Shown in pieces: positions 27,651 to 38,447 of a DNA stretch of 64,000 nt (position 1 is its first letter; each line of letters opens with the position of its first letter). The stretch spans positions 32,001-96,000 of the forward strand of contig CAXXXF010000015.1 of NCBI GenBank assembly GCA_963667175.2, in the 5' to 3' direction. Below the pieces are notes generated by a model. It was not told the origin of the DNA. It did not search any database and was given only the letters and a program-made list of their open reading frames with translations. The stretch is from Candidatus Latescibacterota bacterium (lineage in GTDB: Bacteria; Latescibacterota; UBA2968; GCA-2709665). Position numbers and translations under genes: made by a program.

Positions 27651-28424
27651 CTATCCGGGCGCCGGGCCGTACTCCAGAATGGCGTCGTCCGGCCCCACCG
27701 GACAGGGGGATTGATCGGCGGTTTTCTTACCCGCGAGTTGGGGGTTGCCCAGAGCGTTGTAACAGATGATGAACGACCGCCGATGGCGGCTGGACGCATT
27801 GGGCGTTGAGGAATGGAGCAGGTTGCAGTGGAAGAAGAGGACCGAACCCGGTGACATCTCGCAATTGATGCAATCGAACAGGGGTTCGATACCCTCGATT
27901 CTTGCGGGTTCGGCGCCGGTCTGGGTGCCGACTCTGACGTGGTCCAGCCGCCCCAGATGGTGTGACCCGCGTAGAACACGAAGGCAGCCGTTTTCCGGCC
28001 TGCATTCGTCCAGGGCGATAAACGCGCTGATCATCCTGGGAAAGACGAACCCCTGATTGTACCAGTACCCGTAGTCCTGGTGCCATTCCCACGCCCCGCC
28101 TTCATGGGCGTCCTTGAACATCACCTTGCCGTGGAAGAAGGCGACCTCTTCGCCCAGAAGGATGCGGATATTGTTGACGATGCGGGGACACGTGGAAACC
28201 GCGGTCCAGATATCGTTTCCCAGTTCGTGCCAGATCGCCAGCCTGGACGACTTTCCCGATGCGTCCGACGTGGCGCGGGTGTTCTCGGCCACCCGCGCGC
28301 CCGTTTCGACCGCGTCGAGCAGAATGCGGACTTCGGCTTCACTGAAGAGGTTGTCCAACAGGACGTAACCGTTCCTGCGAAAACCGGCAACTCCGTCGGG
28401 ATCCAGGGTTTTCGGCAACTCCAT
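27651..28424 (-). CDS. Phytanoyl-CoA dioxygenase (PhyH) family Fe/2OG dioxygenase
   Basis: WEWHQDYGYW (HxD), ENGCLRVLRGSH, FHCNLLHSS, RR; start ATG 28424. Confidence 0.88.
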   Translation of the reverse strand: MELPKTLDPDGVAGFRRNGYVLLDNLFSEAEVRILLDAVETGARVAENTRATSDASGKSSRLAIWHELGNDIWTAVSTCPRIVNNIRILLGEEVAFFHGKVMFKDAHEGGAWEWHQDYGYWYNQGFVFPRMISAFIALDECRPENGCLRVLRGSHHLGRLDHVRVGTQTGAEPARIEGIEPLFDCINCEMSPGSVLFFHCNLLHSSTPNASSRHRRSFIICYNALGNPQLAGKKTADQSPCPVGPDDAILEYGPAPG

Positions 28425-28716
28425 CTTTCGCCCTTTCTGCCATAGCTGGGGTTTTTCAGGCTGGTCTGAATCTCGTAGATTGAGGCATTGCGTCCGCGTG
28501 CGAAGTGATTTCATGATGAATATAGGTACTGCGCCGAGGATTCGCAACCGGCGATGTTCGGATCTGCATCGGGACCGGAGGTTTCCAGGAAAACCGGGAA
28601 TATCGGGAAGTCCTCTCTTCTGGAAGTTTGGATAATTACGACGCAGTGCCATACGGGGTCTCCACATTGATCACTTTGGGACGCATATTCGTCTTGGCAA
28701 ACATAAGCGCCGTTTG

Positions 28717-28745
28717 CTGAAAAGACCCCGTCAGGGTCTTTTCAG
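28717..28745. terminator. Hairpin, possible bidirectional terminator
   Basis: CTGAAAAGACCC-CGTCA-GGGTCTTTTCAG, a perfect 12-bp stem. Confidence 0.55.
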
Positions 28746-29202
28746 TTTGGCGATTTCCGCTGTGACATGGAGAATCTGATTGACACCCATGTATATCTTA
28801 ACCTACTTTTAGCTGTTGCAACGGGTCTAAATTCGGTCTATCAGACTTGGCCAAAAGTCTAACTCCCGCAGTCATATTCGGTTGAATCGTACTTCGATGC
28901 ACGGGAAGCCTCTGCAATAATGGGCGACGTTGGTAGATCGAAATCTAACAGCGTCAACTCGGGTCCGGCTCGCGCACAGGACAACAGACATGAGCATTGT
29001 CAATCGCGCGGACAATTTCGCCTCCAATTGCCGCAGGAGCAACCAGCGAAGGCGGTGGCGGACCACCTTATTTTGCAAAGTACGTGGCAGTCCTTTTTTG
29101 CGGATCGAAATGCCAGATTCAACAGTTGGTCGAAGAGTCTGACCGGGAGGAACACTGTATCGAGTTCAACTCGACAACAACGCACGCCGGAGTAGAACAA
29201 AA

Positions 29203-31905
29203 GTGAAAGAGACGACGGATTCCAACTCAGACCCTAGGGCGCCTTCGGGAGCACGATTCTACAAGTGCGCGCTTCAAGTGAACCCTCACCATTATGGCGG
29301 TACCTTCCGGGGGCAGCCATCAGATGGGGACGCGATTAGCCACGCACAGGCGATTGTGAATAAGGCTGTTGACCTCGGTATCGAGGTACTCGCCATCACC
29401 GATCACAATAATGTCAGCGATGTCGCCGTTTTTCGATCCGCTGCACGCACTCGCGGTGTCCGTATCTTCCCTGGCTTTGAGCTATCTTCCAGAGAGGGCG
29501 TGCATATCTTGTGCCTTTATCCCCCTGACACCGACGAGGTCCAGCTCGGTCGTTATCTCGGCGAGTTCGGCATTCGTGATACGAGTCCCTCCTCGGATTT
29601 AGCCAAACAGACGTTTACGGAAGCGTTGGAGGTGGTACCCAGCCAAGGGGGGATTGCCATCGCGGCGCACGTTACGAACGATGGCGGCCTCTTCAAGGTT
29701 TTGTCCCGTCAAGCTAGAATCCGCGCATGGCAGGACGATAACCTCCTCGCAATCCAGATTCCGGGCTTGGTCCAGGATCTTCCAGAGGACGTCCGCCCAA
29801 TCGTAGAGAACCGGAATACCGACTATCGGCGCCTTCACGCACCCGATGACGGCCACGCGATCGCGGTTGTTAATGCGAAGGACATCGTGAAACCGGAACA
29901 ACTCAATGGCCGAACGGCTACTTGTTGGATCAAAATGCAGGAAGTCACTATTGACGGATTGCGCCAAGCCTTCCTGGACCCGGGATCGCGCATACGTCTG
30001 AACCCCAAGGAAGGAAGGTTTGAGCCCGACGACCACATGGAAATAGTTACTGTGGCGTGGGAGGGCGGATTTCTGGACGGTGTGACCGTACATCTCAATC
30101 CTAATTTAAATGTCCTGATCGGGGGGCGCGGTACGGGAAAATCGACGGTGATCGAAAGCATCCGCAGCGCGCTTGGACTTGATCCTATCGGCGACGAGGC
30201 GCGCAAGGCCCATGACGGAATCGTGCGTCAGGTTCTGCGCAACGGCACAAAGATATCGCTTCGTGTGCGTGTCCAGCGTCCAGGTGTTCGCGAATATCGC
30301 ATCGAGCGCACCATCCCCAATCCGCCGCTGGTCCGCGAAGTGACCGGCGAGGTGCTGCACCGTGCGCCGGCGGACATACTACCGCGAGTCGAAGCCTATG
30401 GTCAGCACGAGATTTCGGAACTTGCAAGAAGCCCCGATAAACTTACGCGCTTGCTCGATCGCTTCGTTGAGCGGGATGATTCACTCGCACGTCGCAAGAT
30501 GTCGGTCACGCGTGACCTCGACAGGAATCGCCGCGCTCTGGGCGAAGCCCGCGCCGAGATTAAGTCGATCCAAGAGCGACTCGCTGCACTTCCCAGGCTG
30601 AACGAAACGCTTGAGCGATTCCAGGAAGTGGGCCTTGAGGAGCGTCTAAAGGAGCAGAGCCTGCTCTTGCGAGAGGAGCGTGTGATTGGTTCCGTTCCTC
30701 AACGTCTGGCGCCCTTCCGGGAGGCACTAGATATCTTGCGTAGTGAGCTACCGATCGATTTGGTCTTTCTGTCTGAGAAAGCGCTAGAGGAACTGCCTGG
30801 CAGGGACATTCTTTCCGAGGCGAGCAGGACGCTCACCGATCTGGGGGAGGAAGTCGGCCACATTGCCGATAGGATGGAGCAAGCTTTGGTGCGCGCTGAT
30901 CAAGGTATCGAACAGGTGCGGACCAGGTGGGACGTGCGCAGGCGGCAGGTTAAGGCCGAGTACGAACGTATTCTGCGCGAGCTTCAGAAATCGCGAGTGG
31001 ATGGAGAGGAGTTCATCCGCGTTCGGCGCCAGATCGAGGAACTGCGACCGCTTCAAGAGCGGCTGGTAGTTCTGCGGAGATTGGCGAAGGAACACGCCGA
31101 CCAACGTCGCACGCTGCTTGCCGAGTGGGAAGACATCAAGGCTTCAGAGTTCCGTACCTTGGACGAGGCCGCGAGGAAGGTCAGCAACAAACTTCATAAC
31201 CGTGTACAGGTGGAGGTGACCGGCGCGGGAAACCGTGAACCGCTCTTTCAGATGCTGCGAAACGAGATCGGCGGCCGCATGTCAGAAGCCATAGAGAGCC
31301 TGAGTAACTCACCTGACCTATCCCTTCCGCAGTTCGTCAAAGCTTGCCGGTCCGGTGCCGACGCGCTGCGCAAGACCTACGACCTCACGCCCGGTCAGGC
31401 CGAACGTCTCGCCAACGGCGAGGATCAGGTGTTTATGCAAATTGAGGAACTGGAGCTCATACCCACCACTTCGATTCGCCTTAACACGGCGCCGGCGGGC
31501 GATCCGCCCGCGTGGCAGTCTTTGGAAGATCTGTCGACCGGTCAGAAGGCAACCGCCGTCCTCTTGCTTCTGCTCCTCGAATCAGGTGCCCCACTGATCG
31601 TGGATCAGCCGGAGGACGATCTTGACAACCGCTTTATCACTGAAGGCGTCGTGCCGCGCATGCGCGAGGAGAAGCAACGACGGCAGTTTATCTTTTCATC
31701 GCACAATGCGAACATTCCCGTGCTCGGGGACGCCGAGTTGATCCTCGGTCTTTCCGCTGCCGGTGATGCAGACAGAGGACGAGCGCGTGTCTCGCCCGAG
31801 CATTCGGGGTCGATCGACTCCCGAACGGTTCGCGAGCTAGTGGAGGAGATCCTCGAGGGCGGTCGCGAGGCATTCGAGACGCGACGCAGGAAGTACGGGT
31901 TCTGA
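29203..31905 (+). CDS. PHP-domain + ABC/SMC-like ATPase fusion (TrlF/Ppl-like)
   Basis: ITDHN, GFEL, HIL, AAH (PHP); GGRGTGKS, long coiled coil, LSTGQ, LIVDQPEDDLD, SSHN (ABC ATPase). Confidence 0.85.
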   Translation: MKETTDSNSDPRAPSGARFYKCALQVNPHHYGGTFRGQPSDGDAISHAQAIVNKAVDLGIEVLAITDHNNVSDVAVFRSAARTRGVRIFPGFELSSREGVHILCLYPPDTDEVQLGRYLGEFGIRDTSPSSDLAKQTFTEALEVVPSQGGIAIAAHVTNDGGLFKVLSRQARIRAWQDDNLLAIQIPGLVQDLPEDVRPIVENRNTDYRRLHAPDDGHAIAVVNAKDIVKPEQLNGRTATCWIKMQEVTIDGLRQAFLDPGSRIRLNPKEGRFEPDDHMEIVTVAWEGGFLDGVTVHLNPNLNVLIGGRGTGKSTVIESIRSALGLDPIGDEARKAHDGIVRQVLRNGTKISLRVRVQRPGVREYRIERTIPNPPLVREVTGEVLHRAPADILPRVEAYGQHEISELARSPDKLTRLLDRFVERDDSLARRKMSVTRDLDRNRRALGEARAEIKSIQERLAALPRLNETLERFQEVGLEERLKEQSLLLREERVIGSVPQRLAPFREALDILRSELPIDLVFLSEKALEELPGRDILSEASRTLTDLGEEVGHIADRMEQALVRADQGIEQVRTRWDVRRRQVKAEYERILRELQKSRVDGEEFIRVRRQIEELRPLQERLVVLRRLAKEHADQRRTLLAEWEDIKASEFRTLDEAARKVSNKLHNRVQVEVTGAGNREPLFQMLRNEIGGRMSEAIESLSNSPDLSLPQFVKACRSGADALRKTYDLTPGQAERLANGEDQVFMQIEELELIPTTSIRLNTAPAGDPPAWQSLEDLSTGQKATAVLLLLLLESGAPLIVDQPEDDLDNRFITEGVVPRMREEKQRRQFIFSSHNANIPVLGDAELILGLSAAGDADRGRARVSPEHSGSIDSRTVRELVEEILEGGREAFETRRRKYGF

Positions 31906-31908
31906 TCG

Positions 31909-33186
31909 ATGAACAAGACAGAATTGCTCGAATTCATCGCCAGTCAGGAGAACTCCCGGGTCGAGTTCAAACGTGACGATTGTCATCCAGATCAGTTGAC
32001 CAAGGAGATGTCCGCGTTCTTAAACTTGGAGGGGGGCGTCATCCTTCTTGGTGTAGAAAAAGACGGGCGAATCTCCGGTTTAACTAGAGGGCGCGAGGCT
32101 GCGGAAGAGTGGGTCATGAACATTGCCCGGAACAACCTTCAACCTCCAACGATCCCGGTCTGGACTTCTACAGTGATGGAGGATGGCAGCATCGTCGGTA
32201 TTGTCGAACTCCCAGCCGACAGTCCAGCCAAGCCGCACAAGGCCAAACGCGGAAAAGCTTGGGTCACATATGTCCGAGTCGGAAGCGTGTCGAGAGAAGC
32301 AACTCGAGAGGAAGAAGGCCGGCTATACCAAACTGCCAAGCTGGTCCGTTACGAATTAAAGGCCGTGGCAGATATGGGACTGGAAAGCTTGGACATCGGC
32401 CGGATTGAGAACTACCTACGTGATGTTCTGAAGCGATCAGTGCCTAGCCGGTCCGACGTCGAAAGCTGGCGGCGCCTTCTCCGCAACTCCGACTTGCTGG
32501 CAGCCCTTGGGAACAGCGATAACGCGTCAGTCGCGGGCCTCCTACTTTTTGGCGTGAACCCGAACCGCCGTCTGCCGCAGGCGGGTGTGACCGCGGCGGC
32601 GTTTCCCACTACTGAGAAGGACTACAACATGGTCGATGAGGAGCGAATCCGTGGACCGCTGGCGCCAATAGTCTCCAGGTATGGGGGCGTAGTCGACGGA
32701 GGCGTCATCGACCGCACAATTGATTTCGTAAAACGTAACATGGGAAGCGTGACCAAGCTCGACGGCGCACGGCGACGTCGAAAAAGAGCTTACCCTCTTG
32801 ACGCGGTGCGAGAAGCAGTCGTTAACGCCGTAGCGCATCGAGACTATGCGCGAGAAGGGACCGATATCGAGGTTTCTCTGTACTCGGATCGACTCGAAGT
32901 CATTTCACCCGGAAGGCTGCCAAATGGCGTCACGGTAGAGAAGATGAAAGAAGGTATCGTTCGGGTAGCCCGCAACGAACTGCTTAAGGAGATTCTCCGC
33001 GACTACCGCTACGTCGAACACCAGGGAATGGGGGTCCGCAACCGGATCATCGAATCGATGTGGCTGCATAACCGCACGGAACCGGACCTCGACGAGCAAG
33101 ACGATCGCTTCGTTGTTCGGCTTTGGAAGGAGCACGGACAAGCAGGTGCGGAAAGAGAACCACCGTCGGCGTCCGCGGCAGGCTAG
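31909..33186 (+). CDS. Schlafen/AlbA_2 domain + HATPase_c_4 (RecG-C-like) protein
   Basis: ENSRVEFK, AFLNLEGGVILLGV, YP..AVREAVVNAVAHRDY, ISPG, ARN, GMG. Confidence 0.85.
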   Translation: MNKTELLEFIASQENSRVEFKRDDCHPDQLTKEMSAFLNLEGGVILLGVEKDGRISGLTRGREAAEEWVMNIARNNLQPPTIPVWTSTVMEDGSIVGIVELPADSPAKPHKAKRGKAWVTYVRVGSVSREATREEEGRLYQTAKLVRYELKAVADMGLESLDIGRIENYLRDVLKRSVPSRSDVESWRRLLRNSDLLAALGNSDNASVAGLLLFGVNPNRRLPQAGVTAAAFPTTEKDYNMVDEERIRGPLAPIVSRYGGVVDGGVIDRTIDFVKRNMGSVTKLDGARRRRKRAYPLDAVREAVVNAVAHRDYAREGTDIEVSLYSDRLEVISPGRLPNGVTVEKMKEGIVRVARNELLKEILRDYRYVEHQGMGVRNRIIESMWLHNRTEPDLDEQDDRFVVRLWKEHGQAGAEREPPSASAAG

Positions 33187-33211
33187 TTGACGTGGGACTC
33201 GGAGAATTGAA

Positions 33212-33607
33212 ATGTCCGGTCGCAAAATACGGGTTCTGATTGCGAAGGTGGGCCTGGACGGGCACGACCGCGGCGCGAAGGTGGTCGCGCGCGCCCTGCG
33301 GGACGCGGGGATGGAGGTTATCTACACGGGTCTGCACCGAACACCTGATGAGGTGGTGAACACCGCGATGCAGGAAGACGTGGACGTGCTGGGGATCAGC
33401 TCTCTCTCAGGAGCCCATCTGACGATCTTTCCGAAGGTGATGGACCTCCTCAGGGAGCGGGGCGCGGACGAAATTCTGGTGGTTGGCGGCGGCATCGTTT
33501 CTCCGGCGGACCGGGAGGCCCTCGAAGCGAAAGGGCTGGCGTTCTTCTGGGGACCCGGGACCCATACAGGCGATATCATCGCGTGTCTCCGGGAAGCCGT
33601 GAAATGA
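33212..33607 (+). CDS. Acyl-CoA mutase cobalamin-binding small subunit (methylmalonyl-CoA mutase C-terminal type)
   Basis: KVGLDGHDRGAK (DxHxxG), SSLSGAH, GGG. Confidence 0.92.
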   Translation: MSGRKIRVLIAKVGLDGHDRGAKVVARALRDAGMEVIYTGLHRTPDEVVNTAMQEDVDVLGISSLSGAHLTIFPKVMDLLRERGADEILVVGGGIVSPADREALEAKGLAFFWGPGTHTGDIIACLREAVK

Positions 33608-34536
33608 GAGATCTGGCCGGACGGGTGCTGAAGGGTGACGTCCGCGCCGCGGCGCGCGCCATTTCGCTCATCGAGCGACGGGAAGACAATGTGTCGCCCC
33701 TTCTTGCGGCCCTGTACCCTTCAACGGGCGGCGCGTACCGGATCGGCATCACCGGACCGCCCGGCGCGGGCAAGAGTACGCTTGCGGCGTGTCTCGCAAC
33801 GCGCTTTCGGGAAGCCGGAAGGGCGGTGGGCATTCTGGCCGTGGATATCGCCAGCCCGTTTTCCGGCGGCGCCCTGCTGGGCGATCGGATCCGGATGCAG
33901 ACGCAGTCGCGCGATCCGTCGGTGTTTATTCGAAGCATGGGGAACGAGGGTCTGCCGGGCGGGCTGTGCCGCGCGGCGCGCGACGCGATGCGGGTGATGG
34001 AAGCGATGGGGAAGGACGTGGTACTCGTCGAGACGGCGGGGGTCGGGCAGACCGACGTGGATGTGACCTGGTGTGTCGATGCCGTCGTGCTGACCCTCGT
34101 GCCGGAGGCGGGCGACGAAATCCAGGTGATGAAAGCGGGCGTGATGGAAATTGCGGACGTGATTGCCCTGAATAAGTCCGACCGTCCCGGTGCGTCCGGA
34201 TTGGCGGGAGAGCTCGCCGAATCCCTTCACGCCCGCGGCGAGGTCGATGGCTGGGAAACGCGGCTCGTTCGCACGGTGGGCACGCGCGGCAACGGCGTCG
34301 GCGAGCTGTACGAAGCGCTCCGGGAATACTCGTGTCACCTGAAAGCGGAAGACAGGCTGGCGGTTCTGCGGGAGCGGCAGATCCGGCGTGAGGTAAAGGA
34401 GCGCGTCGAGGCGCTGCTCGGTCTCCGATTTAGTGCAGCACTGTCGCGGGAGTCTCTTGACAGGGCGGCGGCAGACATCCGGGCCGGGGAGGACGATCCT
34501 TACACCGCTGCCGATCGTCTGTTACGTGAATTCTGA
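33604..34536 (+). CDS. meaB: Mutase-associated GTPase MeaB/ArgK
   Basis: GITGPPGAGKST, GGALLGDRIRM, VETAGVGQ, NKSD. Confidence 0.92.
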   Translation: MRDLAGRVLKGDVRAAARAISLIERREDNVSPLLAALYPSTGGAYRIGITGPPGAGKSTLAACLATRFREAGRAVGILAVDIASPFSGGALLGDRIRMQTQSRDPSVFIRSMGNEGLPGGLCRAARDAMRVMEAMGKDVVLVETAGVGQTDVDVTWCVDAVVLTLVPEAGDEIQVMKAGVMEIADVIALNKSDRPGASGLAGELAESLHARGEVDGWETRLVRTVGTRGNGVGELYEALREYSCHLKAEDRLAVLRERQIRREVKERVEALLGLRFSAALSRESLDRAAADIRAGEDDPYTAADRLLREF

Positions 34537-34746
34537 TCGCCTGACGGACGGAATCGCCAGACGCGCCCGGTCGACCTATCAGGTCGGATGTCCACCGAGG
34601 AAGTAAGAATGAGGCTGCCGGAGCAGCAGCGGTCGAGATCAGAAGAGATTCGTAATCCGAAGTGCCTACCAGATGGAACTTTGTGATGAGACGATGGGAC
34701 ATTACCGGCACGCAAATCTGGGAGTTCAGAAAAGGTAGAAGGATTG

Positions 34747-35705
34747 ATGGCCATCAACAGAGATAAACCGGACCGGTGGAAAGAGGACATTGCGCAGTCG
34801 GTGGACATGTTCAACGACTGGTTTATGCGATTTGCACCGGCGGCTTACCGTTCTTCACGGACGCAAACCGCTAAGGACGTCGAGGCGACCCTTGAAGCGA
34901 CGAAGAACTTAACGTACGTCGGAGTGGAACTGCTGAGATCGAAACCGTCGGTGTTGCCGTCATTACGCATGTCGACGTGCCCGCCCTTGGCCGTGGACCG
35001 GCTGATCGGCCTTGCCGGCGTCTCTAAGAACCTGGTCAGGTCGATGGAAAAGGATAAGAGACTCCCACCGCGAATGCCGGGTCGGAAGCTGAACAGCGAG
35101 CTTGAGAAGATTGCAAGGGTCATCGAGAAGATGGCTGATCCGGATGTCTTTGTTTGGTTAGAACGTAGGGACAATCCGTCCGAACAGGAATTCTACCGGG
35201 CGGCGACTATCGTGGCTGATCGCTTGTGCGGAGCCGTTGCCAATCCAATCATCCGAAATGCGCAGGAAAAACGTCAGCTTGCCGCGATAGACAAATGGTT
35301 AAATGCACTCAGGTATGAAAACCTGCCGACGGGTAGTGGTACGAAGTATGACGCCATGCGTCCTGGAACGTACTCGTTCCGGCTAAATGTGCCGGTTGAG
35401 CAGGAAGGGATCGGAGAGACGATCAATATTCCTGTGGACGCGGTTGTGAAGCCCAAAGGGGCGAAGACAGCGGACTTACCAATACTGATTGAAGCAAAAT
35501 CGGCGGGTGATTTCACGAATGTCAACAAGCGACGTAAAGAAGAAGCGACCAAGATGAACCAACTGCGCCAGACCGGAACAACGTGCGCTACATTCTGTTT
35601 TTGTGCGGGTATTTTGATAGCGGCTATCTCGGCTATGAGGCGGCGGAAGGCATTGACTGGGTCTGGGAGCATCGTATCAACGACCTCGGCGAGCTTGGAT
35701 TGTAG
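34747..35705 (+). pseudogene. XamI-family type II restriction endonuclease, frameshifted near 35575
   Basis: PPLAVDRLIGLAG, IIRNAQEKRQL, IEAKSAGDFTNVNKRRKEEA; the expected tail VRYILFLCGYFDSGYLGYEAAEGIDWVWEHRI continues in another frame to TAG 35703-35705. Confidence 0.8.
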
Positions 35706-35708
35706 ATT

Positions 35709-37307
35709 ATGAATATGGCGGTTGCAGGATTAGAGACTCGGCGGCTGGCACTTCAGGAAGAACTGGATGCGAGAAGAGACGCAGCCGTACGAAACAGAAT
35801 GGGGCAGTTCGCTACACCAACCAGCCTTGCTGTCGATATTCAGCGATACGCGAAGGCGCGTCTCAGCAAGAACGAGAGATTGCGTTTCATCGACCCGGCT
35901 ATCGGGACTGGCGCTTTCTATTCGGCGTTGCTGCACGCGTTTTCCCAAGCCCGTATCGACGCTGCCATTGGATATGAGATAGATCCGCATTACGGCAGGC
36001 CGGCAACGACGCTGTGGGGCAAGACGGGTCTGGAAATCATGTTGGAAGACTTCACGCGGGCCGATGCGCCAGAGGCTTCCGATCGGTTCAACCTGCTGAT
36101 CTGTAATCCGCCCTACGTGCGGCACCACCATATTGACAGTGAGGAGAAAAAGCTGTTAAGGTCGCGCGCGCAAGCAGCTTCCGGCGTGAAAATTAACGGT
36201 CTGGCCGGGCTTTATTGCTATTTCCTGTGCATAAGTCATATGTGGATGACCGGCGGCGGGCTGGCTGGCTGGTTGATCCCCAGCGAATTCATGGACGTGA
36301 AGTACGGGGTAGCGGTGAAGCGCTACCTGCTCGACAAAGTGACGCTTCATCACATTCACCGCTTCGATCCGAATGACGTGCAATTCTGCGATGCACTTGT
36401 GTCGTCGGCTGTGGTGTGGTTCCGGAACGAACCTCCTCGACCACAGCATCAAGTTCGGTTCACCTATGGCGGAACACTAGAACAACCGGTGTTGGATCGA
36501 TTGATTCCTCTCGAGACTTTGCGTCGTGAGCCAAAATGGACACGTTATCCTAAGAGCCAGAACCATGAAGCAGTCGATGGACCGGTGCTGGGTGACTTTT
36601 TCAAGATAAAGCGGGGTTTGGCTACGGGTAACAACAGCTATTTCATCCTGTCAGCAGAGCAGATCCATCAGCGCCAGCTGCCTATGGATGCATTCAAGCC
36701 AATCCTTCCTAGCCCGAGATATGTGCCTGAGGACGAAGTCGAGGGCGATCGAATGGGAAATCCGCTTCTCAAACTGCGATTGTTCCTGCTCGATCCACCG
36801 TGGATGGAGAGCGAAATCAAGAAACGCTATCCGAGTCTTTGGACATATCTGGAGGAAGGCAAGGCGGAGGGCGTTAATGATCGCTATATCTGTCGGCATC
36901 GTGCGCTGTGGTACAGGCAGGAATACCGGCCGCCGGCTCCGTACGTCTGTACCTATCTGGGCCGAAGCGACAGGAAGAGCGGAAGGCCGTTTCGTTTCAT
37001 ATTGAACAATTCCAAGGCAACGGCAGCAAACGTGTATTTGATGTTGTACCCGAAGGAACCCTTAAATCGCGCCATCCAGGAAATGCCCATACTGAAGCGA
37101 CAGGTGTGGGAGTTCCTGAACGAAATCTCTCCAGGGGTGATGCTCGGGGAGGGTCGCGTCTACGGAGGCGGACTGCATAAGCTGGAGCCAAAGGAGTTGG
37201 CAAATGTCCCCGCGAATTCTGTTGCCGAGTTGTTTCCCGAGTGGGCCGCACGGCGCCGGGCAAAGCAAGCTGATCTATTTGACGTAAAGACCCCGCAGAG
37301 GCTGTAA
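35709..37307 (+). CDS. Type II adenine-specific DNA methyltransferase (gamma class, XamI/Eco57I-like)
   Basis: GQFATP, DPAIGTG, CNPPY, GRVYGGGLHKLEPKEL. Confidence 0.9.
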   Translation: MNMAVAGLETRRLALQEELDARRDAAVRNRMGQFATPTSLAVDIQRYAKARLSKNERLRFIDPAIGTGAFYSALLHAFSQARIDAAIGYEIDPHYGRPATTLWGKTGLEIMLEDFTRADAPEASDRFNLLICNPPYVRHHHIDSEEKKLLRSRAQAASGVKINGLAGLYCYFLCISHMWMTGGGLAGWLIPSEFMDVKYGVAVKRYLLDKVTLHHIHRFDPNDVQFCDALVSSAVVWFRNEPPRPQHQVRFTYGGTLEQPVLDRLIPLETLRREPKWTRYPKSQNHEAVDGPVLGDFFKIKRGLATGNNSYFILSAEQIHQRQLPMDAFKPILPSPRYVPEDEVEGDRMGNPLLKLRLFLLDPPWMESEIKKRYPSLWTYLEEGKAEGVNDRYICRHRALWYRQEYRPPAPYVCTYLGRSDRKSGRPFRFILNNSKATAANVYLMLYPKEPLNRAIQEMPILKRQVWEFLNEISPGVMLGEGRVYGGGLHKLEPKELANVPANSVAELFPEWAARRRAKQADLFDVKTPQRL

Positions 37308-37477
37308 TCGCCAGATGCAAGAGATGATGAGTGCAGCTTTCGAATAATTGGAGCATTGCAATGGCTCTCAAGGCCTTAGTCTCGCCAATTATTCGGCCAT
37401 TCTGTGCGTGGTGTTCCGGTACTTGGTAGAGAGCCTTTCCCCCACCGAACCATCGGAAGACGGCGAGGACCGCGGGC

Positions 37478-38434
37478 ATGGGTTTCTGGACCGACAAAAG
37501 GGTCGCGGTGACCGGCGGCGCCGGCTTTCTGGGGCGGCACGTCGTACGGAAACTGCGCGATCGGGGCTGCCGTCGGGTATTCGCGCCGCGTCGCCGGGAC
37601 CACGACCTGCGGGCGCAGGATGACGTACGCCGCCTGTATGAGACGACGCGGCCCGACCTGGTGATTCACCTGGCGGGTTCCGTTGGCGGCATTGGCGCCA
37701 ATCAGCGGTATCCGGGCCGTTTTTTCTACGACAATCTGGCCATGGGCGCGCATCTGCTCGAAGGCGCCCGCAGATTCGAAGTACCCAAGTTCGTGGGGAT
37801 CGGATCGGTATGCGCCTATCCGAAGTCCACGCCGGTCCCCTTCAGGGAGGAGAACCTGTGGGACGGGTATCCGGAAGAGACGAACGCGGCCTATGGCCTG
37901 GCCAAGAAGATGATGCTGGTGCAGAGCCAGGCCTACCGGGCGGAATACGGCTACAACGCGATTCATCTGCTTCTTTCCAACCTCTATGGACCGGGAGAAA
38001 ACCTGGATCCGGAGACGTCCCACGGACTCGCGTCCATGGTGCGAAAGTTCGCGGATGCCCGGAATCTCGGACGAGGCCACGTCACCCTGTGGGGAGACGG
38101 TTCGCCTACGCGTGAGTTTCTGTACGTCGAGGACGCCGCAGAGGGCGTATTGCTTGCGTCTGAGCGATACGATCTGCCCGAACCGGTCAACCTGGGTTCG
38201 GGAGTGGAGATCTCAATCCGCGACCTCGCCGGGAAGATCCGGAATCTCACCGGATTCACCGGCCGGGTTCGTTGGGATACGACCCGGCCGAACGGGCAGC
38301 CTCGGCGATGCGTGGACGTGACGCGGGCGAAGCGGCATTTCGGATTTGAAGCCGCCACCTCTCTGGAGGAAGGGCTTCGCCGCATGATTTCGTGGTACGA
38401 GAAGCAGCCGCTACGCGAATCTCCGAAAGCTTGA
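37478..38434 (+). CDS. fcl: GDP-L-fucose synthase family (Fcl/ColC)
   Basis: TGGAGFLG, VGGIGAN, SVCAYP, YGLAKK, NLYGP, WGDGSPTREFLYVED. Confidence 0.85.
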   Translation: MGFWTDKRVAVTGGAGFLGRHVVRKLRDRGCRRVFAPRRRDHDLRAQDDVRRLYETTRPDLVIHLAGSVGGIGANQRYPGRFFYDNLAMGAHLLEGARRFEVPKFVGIGSVCAYPKSTPVPFREENLWDGYPEETNAAYGLAKKMMLVQSQAYRAEYGYNAIHLLLSNLYGPGENLDPETSHGLASMVRKFADARNLGRGHVTLWGDGSPTREFLYVEDAAEGVLLASERYDLPEPVNLGSGVEISIRDLAGKIRNLTGFTGRVRWDTTRPNGQPRRCVDVTRAKRHFGFEAATSLEEGLRRMISWYEKQPLRESPKA

Positions 38435-38447
38435 AAGCGGGTTCGAA

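Noticed and set aside
28750-29200. ncRNA or small genes upstream of the PHP-ATPase
   Set aside because: The short ORFs lack motifs and RBS, and I could not identify a convincing structure; there is no reverse transcriptase nearby to suggest a retron.
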